Positions 22,324-34,540 of a stretch of DNA of 64,000 nucleotides are shown in pieces. Position 1 is the first letter of the stretch. Every line of letters begins with the position of its first letter. The position numbers were made by a program, and so were the translations under genes. The notes beneath the pieces were generated by a model that worked only from the letters and a program-made list of their open reading frames with translations, ran no database searches and had not been told where the DNA came from. Source of the DNA: Halocafeteria seosinensis (taxonomy: Eukaryota); NCBI GenBank assembly GCA_001687465.1, contig LVLI01000007.1, forward strand, positions 62,001 through 126,000, given 5' to 3'.

Positions 22324-24017
22324 ATGTAAGTGCAGTCGTGGAACAAGTTGTTGTTCCAGGAGCTCTCAACATGCTATTTCATCTCCTTTTTGATCCGATA
22401 CAGGGCACAGGAAGGTAGTCGCCACCAAACAAGTACGCCTCAAGAGCAGACGGCGTTCATTCAGCAATACATTGAGACAGCGCAAATCAAAGCATCTGAG
22501 GTAAGCTAGAATTTTTCCGTCTCCAGAACATGATTTAAAATGTGCTACCGAATGGAATTTTCAGCTTAAATCGACTTTGAATCGATACCGAGACGCTGTT
22601 TCTTCCGGAGGAGCCGGAAGTGTATTGGATGAACTGATTGAAGATACCGGCCGCCTGAAAGAACTGGTAAGCAGAACATGTCGAACTTTTGTCGTCGAAT
22701 CTTGATGACGAAGTTTTTGTGGTTCCAAACAGCTTGACGAATCGGCAACTGCTATTGCTAACGAGCAATCTTCCAGTTACAAAGATGCAGCGGTAAGTGG
22801 AAAGGAGAACTCAGCAGACGATGAAGGGGGTGAACCTGTTTCGGATATTGGTTGTCCGCAGGTTGAAAAATCACTCCGGCTCCTCTCCACTGCCAGTTCA
22901 CAAATCACAAAGCTAGCGGCACGTGCTAAAGAATCCGATTTCTCCCAGCAAAGTCTCCCGCAATTGTTTGAGAATTCGTCGAACTCTCTCGGCTGGCTTA
23001 TTGAAAGCGCGCGAGGTTCCCTCCAGGTATGATCTCATACTTCTGTAAACACGATCAGACCTTTCTTCTTCATGTACTCTGCTCACAGGACTTGAGAGCA
23101 AACCTTGGCGAGCGCCATGAGCAAGCGAAGAAGATTGCAATGGAGCAATTTGAACACGCCGCTCAACAAGTCAAGGATAACCCAAAGCTTCAGAACGCCT
23201 ACAACGCGATTGAAAGAGTACGTTTTTCGATACAACTCTTTTTTCCAGCCACATGTCGGTTTTACTATTTTCGATGCTGCAGTTGCGAGAACAAGTTCAG
23301 GAACATGAGGCGTTCACCACATCGAGAGAAGTCTTGAACAGAGCAAGCTCGGAACTTCGGGGCAGCATTGATCAACTCCACGAGGCGCCAACAACGGAAA
23401 AACCGGTGGTCGCTACATTGGAGGCTTTGAAACTATCACGCAATGCCGTGAATACCGTATCGGAAATGGTATTGCACTCGGAGACAGCTCAATCCCTTTC
23501 GGAGGCAGTTCTGTCCAGGGTTCGTGGTGCAAGCGATAAGGCATGGCAGGCCGTAAATGATGCGACGCAGGCGATTTCGCATTGGAGAGATACGATGACC
23601 ACAAGTGCGTCTAGTTGGGTTTTGATAAATGCTAGTAGAGCAGAGTCGGCTGCGGTTCGAAAAGCCGCCGAAATCGACGACAAGTATGACGTCGTCAATA
23701 AAGCTAAAGAAGCCTTATCTTCAGTGGATCACAATTATGCCGTTCGAGAGCGAGCAGAAGGTGTGTACAACAAAGCTGCGGATGCGGCTGAACGATACAA
23801 AGTACGCGAATACACTCAATACGCCTTAGAACGCGCCAAAGAGCTTGATGAGCACTACACTGGTGGTAAAGGTGCTGGTGTAGTCCAACTGGCTTCGGAA
23901 GGATGGAATAAAGGCTACGAGTACGTTATGTCGCTGCAAGAGAAATTTGCGCATGAGAAACAAGGTCTTTCTACATCTGCCGACCCTAACAATACTAGTA
24001 CTACTACTGGGCGGTAA
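22324..24017 (+). CDS. Amphipathic helical-repeat protein, paralog B (tandem duplicate)
   Basis: LREQVQEHEAF, LEALKLSRNAVNTV, AAEIDDKYDV; intron positions similar to paralog A; start codon apparently split AT|G by intron 22326-22403. Confidence 0.7.
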
Positions 24018-24209
24018 GAGTTCCTCTTTCTTCTTCAAATGACAACTAGCGTTGTAGCCCTCGTTCTTTGAATTCCCAATAAACGACAAGCCACAATTCA
24101 AATGTGAGGTTGACTAACGCACTCATCTTGAATTGTCAATTTGTCACGGAGAAACTATAGAGTATAGGAATGACATGGATATTTAATTTAGATGGGAAGA
24201 GAGTGAATT

Positions 24210-27200
24210 ATGAATGAATATCCGGCATCTTTGGTACGATTGGGACTGGAGCCGTGCACATTGCAGCATCATCTGCTTCAGAACCATTACGGCAGTCCGT
24301 ACTCCTCCTCCTCCTCCTCACCATCATGCTGCTCTGAACGACCCTATGAGGATCTCTTGGGACCGAATGGAAGACAGATATGGTATCATCCTGACCCGGA
24401 TGAACGCTGCGAAGCCGCTTTACGGCGAGCGACGATGATTCTCAGGAGGGATTTCTGTCCTGAGCCTGAGATGAAGGCGACCCAGAAGCAAGTTGTCATG
24501 GCGTGCGCACAGGCCGTAGAAGAGACCGGAAAGTCCAGTGTATGGTGCTCGAAACAGATACAATTCACAGGGAAAGGCAAGGTGCAGCCGGCCACTAACG
24601 GTGGCGGCACGCGTGGGAATCCTGCAGCGGCATCGATTACCACGAATTCGGACATACATCATTTTTGCGAAGCGCCATGGATGCGCTTACTAGGCGAAAT
24701 TGGTAGGCAGATCAAACTGCTTATGTCTGCACGAGGAGTTGAGTTGCACTGGTTGGGAGATTGCTATGCAGGTCCGTTGAGGATGATGAGGCTTTTATGC
24801 TGCTCATGCTTGTTCGAAGAGCTGGAAAACGGATGCACTTGGCAGGTGAGAGATCCTTTATCAGGTTTTGCATGAATGTCCTGCTGTATTGGTTGTGGGA
24901 TTCTTCGCAGATAACTGGCAGCCCTTTGCATGATCAACGCGTGTGGCAAACCGAACGTTCCGTGGAGCTTCAGCAGAAACGAACCTACTTCAATAGGACG
25001 AGAATGATGTATTGCGCTACTTTTCCAAGAAAACCCGGGCTCCCGTCAAATCACCTTATATCGACGTACAGTCGTGAATATGCGAACACAGTTGGCCATC
25101 TCGATGGATTTTCACGGAACAAGGCGAGGAGATTTTTGAAAGACCTGCTAAAAGAAAGCGCAAGCATCCTTCCCCAAGGGTCGGTTGCACAGCGTCTGTA
25201 TACTGACTTACTCGTATCGAACTCTACTGAAGGGCAGCAGTTCTTGGACTCTAAAATTAGCATTGTTCAGCAGTTTCTGAACAGGAGTGATAGGCTGTTT
25301 TATTTCCCTTTAAGAAAAGGCAAGATTCGAAATTCGGCATTTAGCGAAGCCTTGAATTGGCATTGTCCGCTTCCTAAGGGATGGTCCAAGCACACGCCTA
25401 CCGAGAGAGATGAGGCCTACTCAGATATTCCTGAATATCCAATTAAGTACGCATATACGGGTGAGCAAGTATTCAAACTTGTCAAAGCAGTCTTCGAGAG
25501 ATGCCTCTCACGGGAACTGTTTCCTTCTAATTCTTCGAGGAGGACATTCTACAGCAAGATATTCCAATTTTTGTGCTCTGGCAGATCCGATAGCTTTCAC
25601 TCGGATTGGCTGGTTTTTGAATACAACAGCTCAGTTGCAGGTTGCAAGCGTCACGCCGAAGTCCCTGCAGTTGTCTTGGTAAGTACGCTGATTCTCACCG
25701 GCCAGTTCCGCGCTTTGTTAGGCGAGTTGTAGTCCAATATGTCTGATTATTGCAGGATGGCAATGAGCATGTGGCGAAAAAACAAAAACATGGCTTTTCA
25801 AGAGCTTCGCCGAAACCTAGAGTTGATTTTGAACAGTATGAATACGGTTTCTGTACAGTCTTCCGTCTATGGTTTGTAGAGCATTTAGTGATACCACTCA
25901 TCCGGAATAACTTTTATGTTACGGAGTCTGGAGCCTTCCGAAGCCGTTGTTTCTATTACCGGAAACCGGTTTGGGCGCTGCTATGTCGCCTTGCTACTGA
26001 GAGACTCAAGAGCACCCTTGATCTTCAGTCAGTGAGCTCCTTTGAGCATTTCGACAAGAAAGGGAATTGTACACCCATGAGACTGGTACCAAAAGGGAAT
26101 GGTGTCCGACCTATTATGAATCTCAGCAGTTCGAAGGTCTTTAAGTTTCAAGGACGGTTGCTGGGCGGCGACCGTGGGGGTAGTAATTTAAAATTGAAGA
26201 ATCCGCAACTATTGCTGTCGCGTCTGAGGCGCGTAAAACCCCATTGCCTTGGTGCCGCTGTTTTTGGTCTTGACGACATTCACGTTAAATGGGGGCAAAC
26301 AGTGGGAAAGCTTCGTCCCGCGGCTCAACACGGTCAAACATTCAGCAAAGACATGCCTCGTTTAGGTATCACGCTTGCCGGTGTTGACATGAAACAGTGT
26401 TATGACAATATCAGGCATGACAAGTTGTTAGAAATTCTCAATGAAACGTTTTCTGGAACGCTTTCCAAACGGACACCCATTTGGCGATATACAGCCACCG
26501 TCCCTTCCGTCAAAGCACGAGAGGAAGAACAAAAGCGGATGAACCTATTGCGTGGTAGGACACGTTTCTCGAGAGTAGCATCTCTCGAGAACAATTTACT
26601 TGCCCTCTCGTTTCCGCGGTTTGTCAACTATGTTGCCAAAGGGAGTCGGAACCAGGTTAGTTTTTCTTGGATTTAATGTGGCTGCGAATTGAACCACAAG
26701 CTTTGTTTTTCCTACAGGTTTTTGCGAGGAATCCTCCTCATTACCTAATTGATTCCGCTAACGCGTACCAGGTTCTGCGTGATCATATTATGAATCATTG
26801 TGTGACCTTCCGTGGCCACTTCTATATCCAAGGACATGGTATCCCCCAAGGATCGGTAGTCTCCTCGATACTCTGCAATTTGTATTTTGGGCATATGGAA
26901 AACAACGATATTATACCGTCTTTGTCAAGGGGGCTGAGGCAATCTTCCCAGTACGTAGTCTTGAGTCAGTTCCCTGCTTTTCGTCCCGTGCACATCAGAA
27001 AATGGTATGGTTACAGAAAGCGTCAAGAAAAACCTCCCGTTACTTTACTTATGCGACTAACCGATGATTATCTGATTGCCAGTACGTCTGAAAAGATGGT
27101 CAGTCGTTTTATCACAAAGCTCCACCGCGGCTCAAAAGAGTACAATTGTTGGGTAAATCCTTCAAAGACTGTGACATCTCATGACCTAAAATTCCAGCAC

Positions 27201-28025
27201 GACTCTGTAGAAGCCGCCGGACCATTTTCAAAGAGATTAGTGGTATTTCCCCGAGGCTTTATTTGTTTGCAGTCATGGCTCCCCTCTTGTGGAATTCTCA
27301 TCGGTGTTGCTACAGGAGAGGTCCTTACCGACGTCACGAGGATAGTAAAGCCTACCAGGATTAGAGACTGTATCACTATGCATTATCGGACCAATTTGTC
27401 GTCCTGGGAGTTGTTGAATGTCTTCAAAGGATTCCTCCGAGCAAACTGTCTGGGGATTTTATTTGATCGCAGTATTAGTTCTTTGCAGGTGATAGCCCTG
27501 AATACATTCCATGTGGCCTTGATAGCGACTTTGAAGCTGATCTGCGTCTTGCGGAAACAGTCGAGTTCATTGCTATCAGATAAAGAGCCGTGTATAACTG
27601 TTCTTGAAGAAGCCTCCTCTTATTTGTATGCATTAATCAGGCAGAGGGTCGCCTCACATTCTCCAACACCGGAATCAAGCAAGGGGGTGGGGCCAATTAT
27701 TCTGGGATCAGAACCTGTAGGGAAGCTTTCAGGAAATATTTCACAGATTACGTCTCACAAGGCTTCTCTAGTTAGGCATCGAGAGATAGGCGCCTGGTGT
27801 GACCTCAGTCAACAGGAAGTGAAGTTTTTGCTGTTTAAAGCCTTCAGCTTCCTGTTTCACGGAAAATATTCCAAGAACTGTAGTAAAGAGGTTCTGAAAA
27901 CGATCGATCTCCGGCTAACATCCCTCCTCAAACATTTCCCGGAAGCGCCTGATCGTAATGAGGCAGTCCGTTCAGCCACGTTCAAGGAGAATTCTTCGTT
28001 TGTCGATCAAATTGTCTTGCACTAA
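24210..28025 (+). CDS. TERT: Telomerase reverse transcriptase, multi-exon
   Basis: GQ motif WMRLLGEIG..LLCCSCLF..NGCTWQITGSPL; CP motif LNWHCPLP; T motif FYVTE..YYRKPVW; motifs 1/2 RLVPKGNGVRPIMNL; A VDMKQCYDNI; B' GIPQGSVVSSILCNLY; C LMRLTDDYL; D NPSKT; E SCGILI. Introns 24703-24771, 24846-24910, 25679-25755, 26656-26717, probably 26951-27016. Confidence 0.96.
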
Positions 28026-28083
28026 AAATACACGCCACACCACTGGTATTCGGAAGCGAGGTCACGAAACTCTTCACTGACTC

Positions 28084-28940
28084 TCACGCAATGCAATGGA
28101 AAGTCAAACGAAAAACTCCCCTCGGTGGTCCCAGGCGTTGGCCCCCGGCATTCGCTCCCACGGGAACCAATACGTCGGTCTCATTCTTTACCGAGAGACT
28201 AGTGTTTCCGCGGCACAGAAAGGAAATGTCAAGTCTACCGTCTCTGTTGACATCTCTGGCATTCACGTTTTCCGGCAGAACGGCACCCTTCGTTGTTGTT
28301 GACAAGGGGAGGGTTCCGACGCGCAAACCTTTGGTGGATTCAAATTCTTCACTGCCCAAGACGGAGACCCGTATACCACGTTTGGAGCATGGAAGTGCAC
28401 TGGCGTTTCCACTTAGTCCGTTATTAACGAGAATATTGACAATCAAACTCTCATCCTGGCTCGAGGGACATGGACTCCCAGCTAAAGTTGGGGAGCACTT
28501 GCCATGGATCTCCGAATTTCACAGCTCCATTCACGTAGTATAGTTTTCCAAGAATACTGGTAATGTCATCAGAACTATTGGAGACGACAAAGTTGTCTCA
28601 AGTAGACGGGAAAACAAACGGGCCAGAAGTAATAACAGACTATTGAATTGTTACGGAACCTTGTGATCCTTGCGGCTTTGACACCTGATACTATACCAGA
28701 TGCATGCACGTGTACTACTAGGTCCTTGCCGAAGTTGAATCTAGCGACTTCTCCGGTAACACCACAGATCCTATTCCTTGAATGGTACCTCGGAGTGAGC
28801 AGCCATCGGCGAACAGCTGCCGCACGTGTTGCACTGTGCGCTCGCGTTAAACCATTAATGATAACCGTCGCAGCTAATGCTGAATCGTCCACAAACAAAT
28901 ATGATATAACAGCCTGTCACTTCCGGTGCTCCGGCATGAA
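28084..28940 (-). pseudogene. Fragmented FG-GAP/VCBS-repeat gene remnant
   Basis: ARDVNRDGRLDISF (DxNxDGxxD calcium-binding blade motif) in ORF 28084-28446; upstream coding-like pieces are interrupted by stops and frameshifts. Confidence 0.35.
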
Positions 28941-29084
28941 TCAGCATAAGACACTGCGCTATGAGTCATTGAGATATGTTAGAAGCCACGAAGAGTCTTA
29001 AGGCCTGCCTTTTCCTGCCAGTGGCAGAATCTCGTGCACTAGTGAAGTTCCGCAGCTCTTTGACATCGACCGGAGGAACGAATC

Positions 29085-29122
29085 AAAAAAGAAAAGAAAA
29101 AGAAAAAGAAAGAAAAAACAAA
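29085..29122 (+). repeat. A-rich (AAAAG)n-like tract
   Basis: AAAAAAGAAAAGAAAAAGAAAAAGAAAGAAAAAACAAA just upstream of retroelement copy 2. Confidence 0.85.
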
Positions 29123-29149
29123 TAACACGTCCACGCCATACTACGGCAC

Positions 29150-29682
29150 AGAACCGTCTCCTTCCAGGCTGAGCCTTGCCGGTAATCCTGACATCGTTGA
29201 CGCAGGTATAGCAACCCTACCCGGAACCGCTCATCATGGTCGTTTACCGATGAGTTGTCGTTGACAAGGATATACCATGTTTGCGTGTGAGTAACTGGAC
29301 GAACACTTCCCCAACTGCAAAGGCGGCTGCAACCTCGGTCCTGGCGCCGCAGGGCCAGACGAAGCAGTTGTAGGCATTGGCATCAAGCCTCCAGACGTGG
29401 GAGGTGGCTTACGTCCAGCTCTGTTTCGTCGACATAGCCCAGATTGTAGTACATCTCCTGTTCGATAACAAAGAGGCTGCGGCTACCCAGGTCCTTTTGA
29501 AGCCACGATACCAGTGCCCACGTCCAGTGGACAAGAATCCGCTTGTCGTGGAACCTGAAGTCGATAACACTCCCGACACCATCTACTGTGTCACACAGTC
29601 TGTGTGTGTAGCTCTAGGCAGTCAGTCTAGGCAAGAGAGACCATTTCCCATTGGGTTGTTTGACGCGGTCTTAGCCAAGCGG
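29150..29682 (-). mobile_element. Second, rearranged copy of the RNase H-chromodomain element
   Basis: 29350-29682 aligns by eye with 3290-3636 in the same orientation (e.g. CCCATTGGGTTGTT.GACGCGGTCTTAGCCAAGCGG); 29150-29212 matches 3168-3232 in inverted orientation. Confidence 0.85.
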
Positions 29683-30042
29683 GTGCCTGTAGACTACACA
29701 TCTCCCAATACTAATACCACACCATGGTACTGACAATAACCACAGTTGTTCGAAGGGCCCTGCGGAAGTTGTACCACTCTTAGCGAATCAATTACGCAAC
29801 ATCGTAGCCGGCTTGCATGCATCTACAACTTGCAGACTGGTTGTACCAGTCTAAGTACCCAGGTAGTACTACCAGTAAGTAGCAGATAACAGTTCTTTTT
29901 CACAAACGTCATCACCTTCACAAACTCTTCTGGAGCATACGGTATACCTGCATGATGCAATATGATGCTATTTTTTCCCAGGAAGTGTTGTTCCAAGATA
30001 GTGATTGTAGCTACAAACACAGCACAACGCATAGCAATAATA

Positions 30043-31657
30043 ATGGAGAGTGTTTACGAGTGGGTGGCTCGTCATCTCCCTCAGGACGACCCCAAGTCAT
30101 TCGAGAACCATGTATCCATCGCAGAGTCCACCAAGAAGAAGGCTGACGACGGGTGCAGTGTCTCAAAGGGATTGGCCGTCTATGCTGCAAAGTGCATACG
30201 GGGTGGCGATCCCGTCATATCGGTGCCGATGGAGTGCCTCTTGACACCGTTTTCGGTTCCCAAGGAACTGCATCCTGCGTGGCATACGGATCATTGGCGC
30301 ATTCAAGTCCCAGGTTCTTGCGTTCCCGACAGCTCCGAGGGCTACCCGATCAAGCTAACACACGCGGGAATGACAGTGTTCGCACTTCTTGTGGAATACC
30401 AGAAAGGGCCGAAGGACTCGTTTTATGCCCCATATATTCAAAGTCTTCCAGAAAGGGTTCCTGTTCCGACTAGGTTAGTTCAAAACCGAGGTTTGCAGCA
30501 GCGCATGTGTGGTGTCGCTAACGGTTGTCAATTACAGTCTTCCAGAAACGTTCCGGGCTGAAATCGGAGGAACCACGCTGGGAGATACCCTCGCGAAGAC
30601 TTTGACGCATCGAATGCTCTTCTATCGAAATGCCGTACTTCCCCTATGGCAACTCCTTCAGAAGAAGGGACTACAAGTGAGTGCGAGGTGGTTTGGTCTA
30701 CTTTCCTTTCAACCTAACGAATGAATAGTGGCTTGTCCCTTTTGGCAGATTACAACTCCTGGCGTGGGCTTACTCCTATGGGCTTGTGAGTAGAGAATGA
30801 CTTGAGGCGTGTAACAGTCATAGCCACAGTTGACGAACATTGGCGCAGGTGATATCTACTTTTCCAGAGCATTACAAATACCAAACTATGCTGTCGAATA
30901 CTTGACAAGGTCTGCATCGGAAAACATCGTTACAGCAAAAACTAAGAAACGGAGGTTGCTTGATGATCCCGCAACCAGTGACGCCTATATAGGAAACGCG
31001 GATGTACGCGGAACCTTGGCAGATTATGGACACGTCGCCGCTCTTGTACCTCTTGTAGACGTTATGAATCACTCACCCCGTAGTACCAATAGATGGGATT
31101 CAAGACGACATAAAAACGTCCTGCAGATCATTGCAGGGAAGGCCTGTAACAAAGATTCTGAACTGATGCTCAACTACGGGATTCGATCTAACCATGACCT
31201 AGCAGTGCGTTTTGGGTTTACACTGGCAGATAACCCAGCGGATGTCCTCCATATTGGACGGAATGAAAAAGAAAACCCTCAATTCCTCAATGGACATGTA
31301 CTCGGGGAATTGTTTTGTGCGCAGGTAATATGGTTGGCTGCTCCATCTGCATCTGTAGGGACTCAAGACTTGAGCGATTCTACCGCAGTCGTTTCTGAGG
31401 CTGTTTCACAGGTTAAAGCATTGATATGCCGGGTTGAGAACCACAAATATGAGGCCACACCAAACTATTCGTTCAGTGTCAACCGACGAATCAGTCAAAG
31501 GCAAGATCACCAAAATAATCAACATCTGGGTGAGCATACCCTAGCGGTGCAAACAGACGATCCTCGGGTTGAGACTGTGGTACAATACCTAAAGAGCCAA
31601 ATTAGTCTGCTTGAAGGGAGGGTGCCTCACATGAATCTGGCCAATCTCGATACTTGA
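30043..31657 (+). CDS. SET-domain lysine methyltransferase (Rubisco LSMT/SETD3/SETD6-like), multi-exon
   Basis: GLAVYAAKCIRGGDPVISVP, SFYAPYIQSLP, FSRA, LVPLVDVMNHS, ELMLNYG.RSNHDL..RFGF. Confidence 0.88.
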
Positions 31658-31730
31658 AATAGCAACCGAACCGAGTCAGCATTTGATCCGAACGTAACGG
31701 ACAACACATACATGCACGCATTAGACGGGT

Positions 31731-33977
31731 TTACCAGCCTGAAGTGTCTAGTTTCCGAAGACCCCTGGGCTGAGGATCCATGAGGAAAATATCCCCATAA
31801 TACCTGTCCGTGTGAGAATGCATTGTCCGCTGTCCCCCGAACAAGACTTGAAGAGCACCGAGAGGGCCAGGAACTACAATCCTGGACAACATGGAATCCT
31901 CATGAATTCATCTTCTCTGAAACGTTGCGGCTGTGAGCTTACTTACGCTGCTGCGTTGGTCCTAGCAAGTGGTCGTCTGGCAGCGAAGCCTCTAAAAGAG
32001 TCCATCTGGGGTCTCGCCGCTACTTGCCGAGGCATACTTCTACTTTGTTGTTGGAATTCGTCCCACCCGAGAGTATAGGGATCGAAAACCCAACAATCGT
32101 CGAACGAAGCAGTGCTATAACCTCCGCACAACTGCACGTAATTAAATGAACCATTGCAAGTTTGCCCTTTACGCAAGTGTAGTACGTACCACCACGAGTT
32201 CCCCCAACACCAACAATGAGGCATCAACGCGGCGTGGCGGCCATTTGTCAGCCACTGGAGTCTTGCGTCGTCTCGTATCTGGGCTCTTCCATCCTCGAGT
32301 TTCAAGTGCAATCGAGGTATATTTCTCCTCACTTCCAACGAAGGACCACATACCGACAAACGACACGACCCCTTCCTTCCATAAAACAAGGTCCCACATT
32401 TCGCTTGACTCGTCCTTCCCATCAAATCCACCGAATATGAGTGAATGCGCTGTAGAGTGGGAGGTATAATGCGGAAGGCTGCAACAACTATGCCCGTTAC
32501 GGGCTTTAGGTACGCATGGTATACCTGTGCACACCGTCTCAAAGCATTTCAAGTTCAGATGATCCAGGACGTGGACTGTATGCAGCGGCCAGTTTATATA
32601 AGTGGTCTCTAGGGCAAAAAACATCAGATTTTCCCTGACAAAGCGTATACGGCTCCTGGGTAGTGCAGTGGCCAAACCTGCTCGTTCCTCAAAGAGGAAC
32701 TTCCCGGAGCCCCCACCTACAAGGAGGGAATACCGAAAACCAGAATTCTGATCAAGACTGTCTGAAAATACGGGGACAATACTGTGGCCACTTCTGGGAG
32801 CTGGGGAATCGTCGAAGGAACATACGCTCCATTCTCTATCGTACAAGCGAAAGCACCAAAACCAATTAGTTTCCACAAATAAGACTCTCTCCATGGAGCC
32901 GGCAACGTACAGGAGTTGTTCAAACTCGCATTCAGTCAAAGTTAAAGCATTCTGACTAGGGCTAAACGCGTAGTAAAAGCTACACACGACTTCCATAAGC
33001 GCATGAGCGGATGCGAGCATGACTACACTCATGTTGTTCTGCATCGAACTCAGTGGGTTGGTCGCGAAGGGATCCTGTATCAGCTCGTAGTGATGAACAT
33101 ATTCAAGAAGCAGCATGATCAGCGCCTCGTTACCCCCTTCTGCTACAGTTCCAACGGATTCGAAGACCGGAGCTTCTGGATTATATTCTGCAGGGTTAGG
33201 GAGTGAGCCAAAGTTATACTGCAAAGCTGTAGCCATGAGCAACGATGCAGTCTCTTGGAGTAGAGAACGCTGAGTCGCCTCTACGTTGCAGTCACATAAT
33301 GCACGGTTGAAAGCAGCTATAAGTGGGATAAAGCGTGAGATCACATGCAACCGTCCGCCGAACAGTCGTAGCGAAGGACCCCAAGGCTCTTTGACTATCC
33401 ACGACGCACACGAGTCTCGTCCCAGGGGTCGGATGACACACTTGGTCGGCGACCGAAGAGGATACCACAGTTTACTGTTTTGCGCACCACCATCGTTGTT
33501 TGTAAATACATTTGCCTGCCAGACGTCATTTTTCAGCCTTCCTGCAGCGCAGCCACAAGCCAGGACTAAAGCACATTCATCACCACCGCTGGCCGCAGGG
33601 GGTAGACGCTGCAGAACAGCCCCACTGCGCGCTTCCGGTGAGGACTCCTCCAAAGAAGTTGGTTCGATTTTCGTCCATTGTGCAGAGTAGGGAGTCCATA
33701 TGGGCATGGACCAAAGCATCCGTATATCCTCTGAACCCAAGCTTCCTTCTTGTGAAGGTCGTCCCAGCAGCGCTCGTGCAACTTGCTGCCCGTATGCTCT
33801 GGTAGAGGAGATCATAGTTCCGCGACGCCGCGACCACGTCATCCACCATGCGTCCAGTGTGTGCATACGGTCAGCGGTAGCCTTGGATACGGCTCTTAAA
33901 CGCACAAAATCCGCCAAACACAGGAAATCCGCCAGCCGGAGGAACACCTCCCCGGGCAGATCTTCAAGTTGATGCAT
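31731..33977 (-). CDS. F-box/Kelch-repeat protein, 3 exons
   Basis: F-box LEDLPGEVFLRLADFL..DFVRLRAVSK; Kelch motifs PAPRSGHS, ARNGHS..LIFGG, LCGGY, VLFGGQ; last exon ends TAA at 31731. Confidence 0.85.
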
Positions 33978-34540
33978 TGTATAGTCAATACCCTTCTCGT
34001 TCCTCTAGTTCCACTGCATCATACTGTTTCGAACGACACTCCCATTACTCCCCTCACACATTCCACAGTCGTAGAACGATTGTATAGGGGTCATTTCGGC
34101 CTCCGAGACTCACCTGGTCCCGGTCGCACGGGACCTGGCAAGGGACCACCTGATATGGCACGGGCTGGGACTGGAATTCATCTTGGAGCACTGTATACGA
34201 CGACACAGATGGTGGATAGATTGTCCCAGTGGTCACATTTACTGCATGTGGGTATCTGTGCTCATGGACAAGAAACGACCTACTAGTTTGTCGATAGAGT
34301 CTGTTTGGGACAGTCTTTGTTTATCTGTTAAGACACACGGGGTTCAAAATAACGGTAGGTATTACCCTCCCCCCCTTGAACGCCCCTATAGAGTCTTTTT
34401 GTACTTTTTCTTGTTTTTTTTTGGACTCTGCGTACAGCGTGAACGTATCTGTCTGTCATTCTTGGCATATTAGGTGTCTGTACCCCGCAAGCTCCCTCCG
34501 GTTCGATTGAATAGAAAGGAGGGGAACGAGTCAGCCCACA

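Noticed and set aside
24210..28025. RT ORFs as a retrotransposon or Penelope-like element
   Set aside because: Telomerase-specific GQ, CP and T motifs and spliceosomal introns identify it as host TERT.
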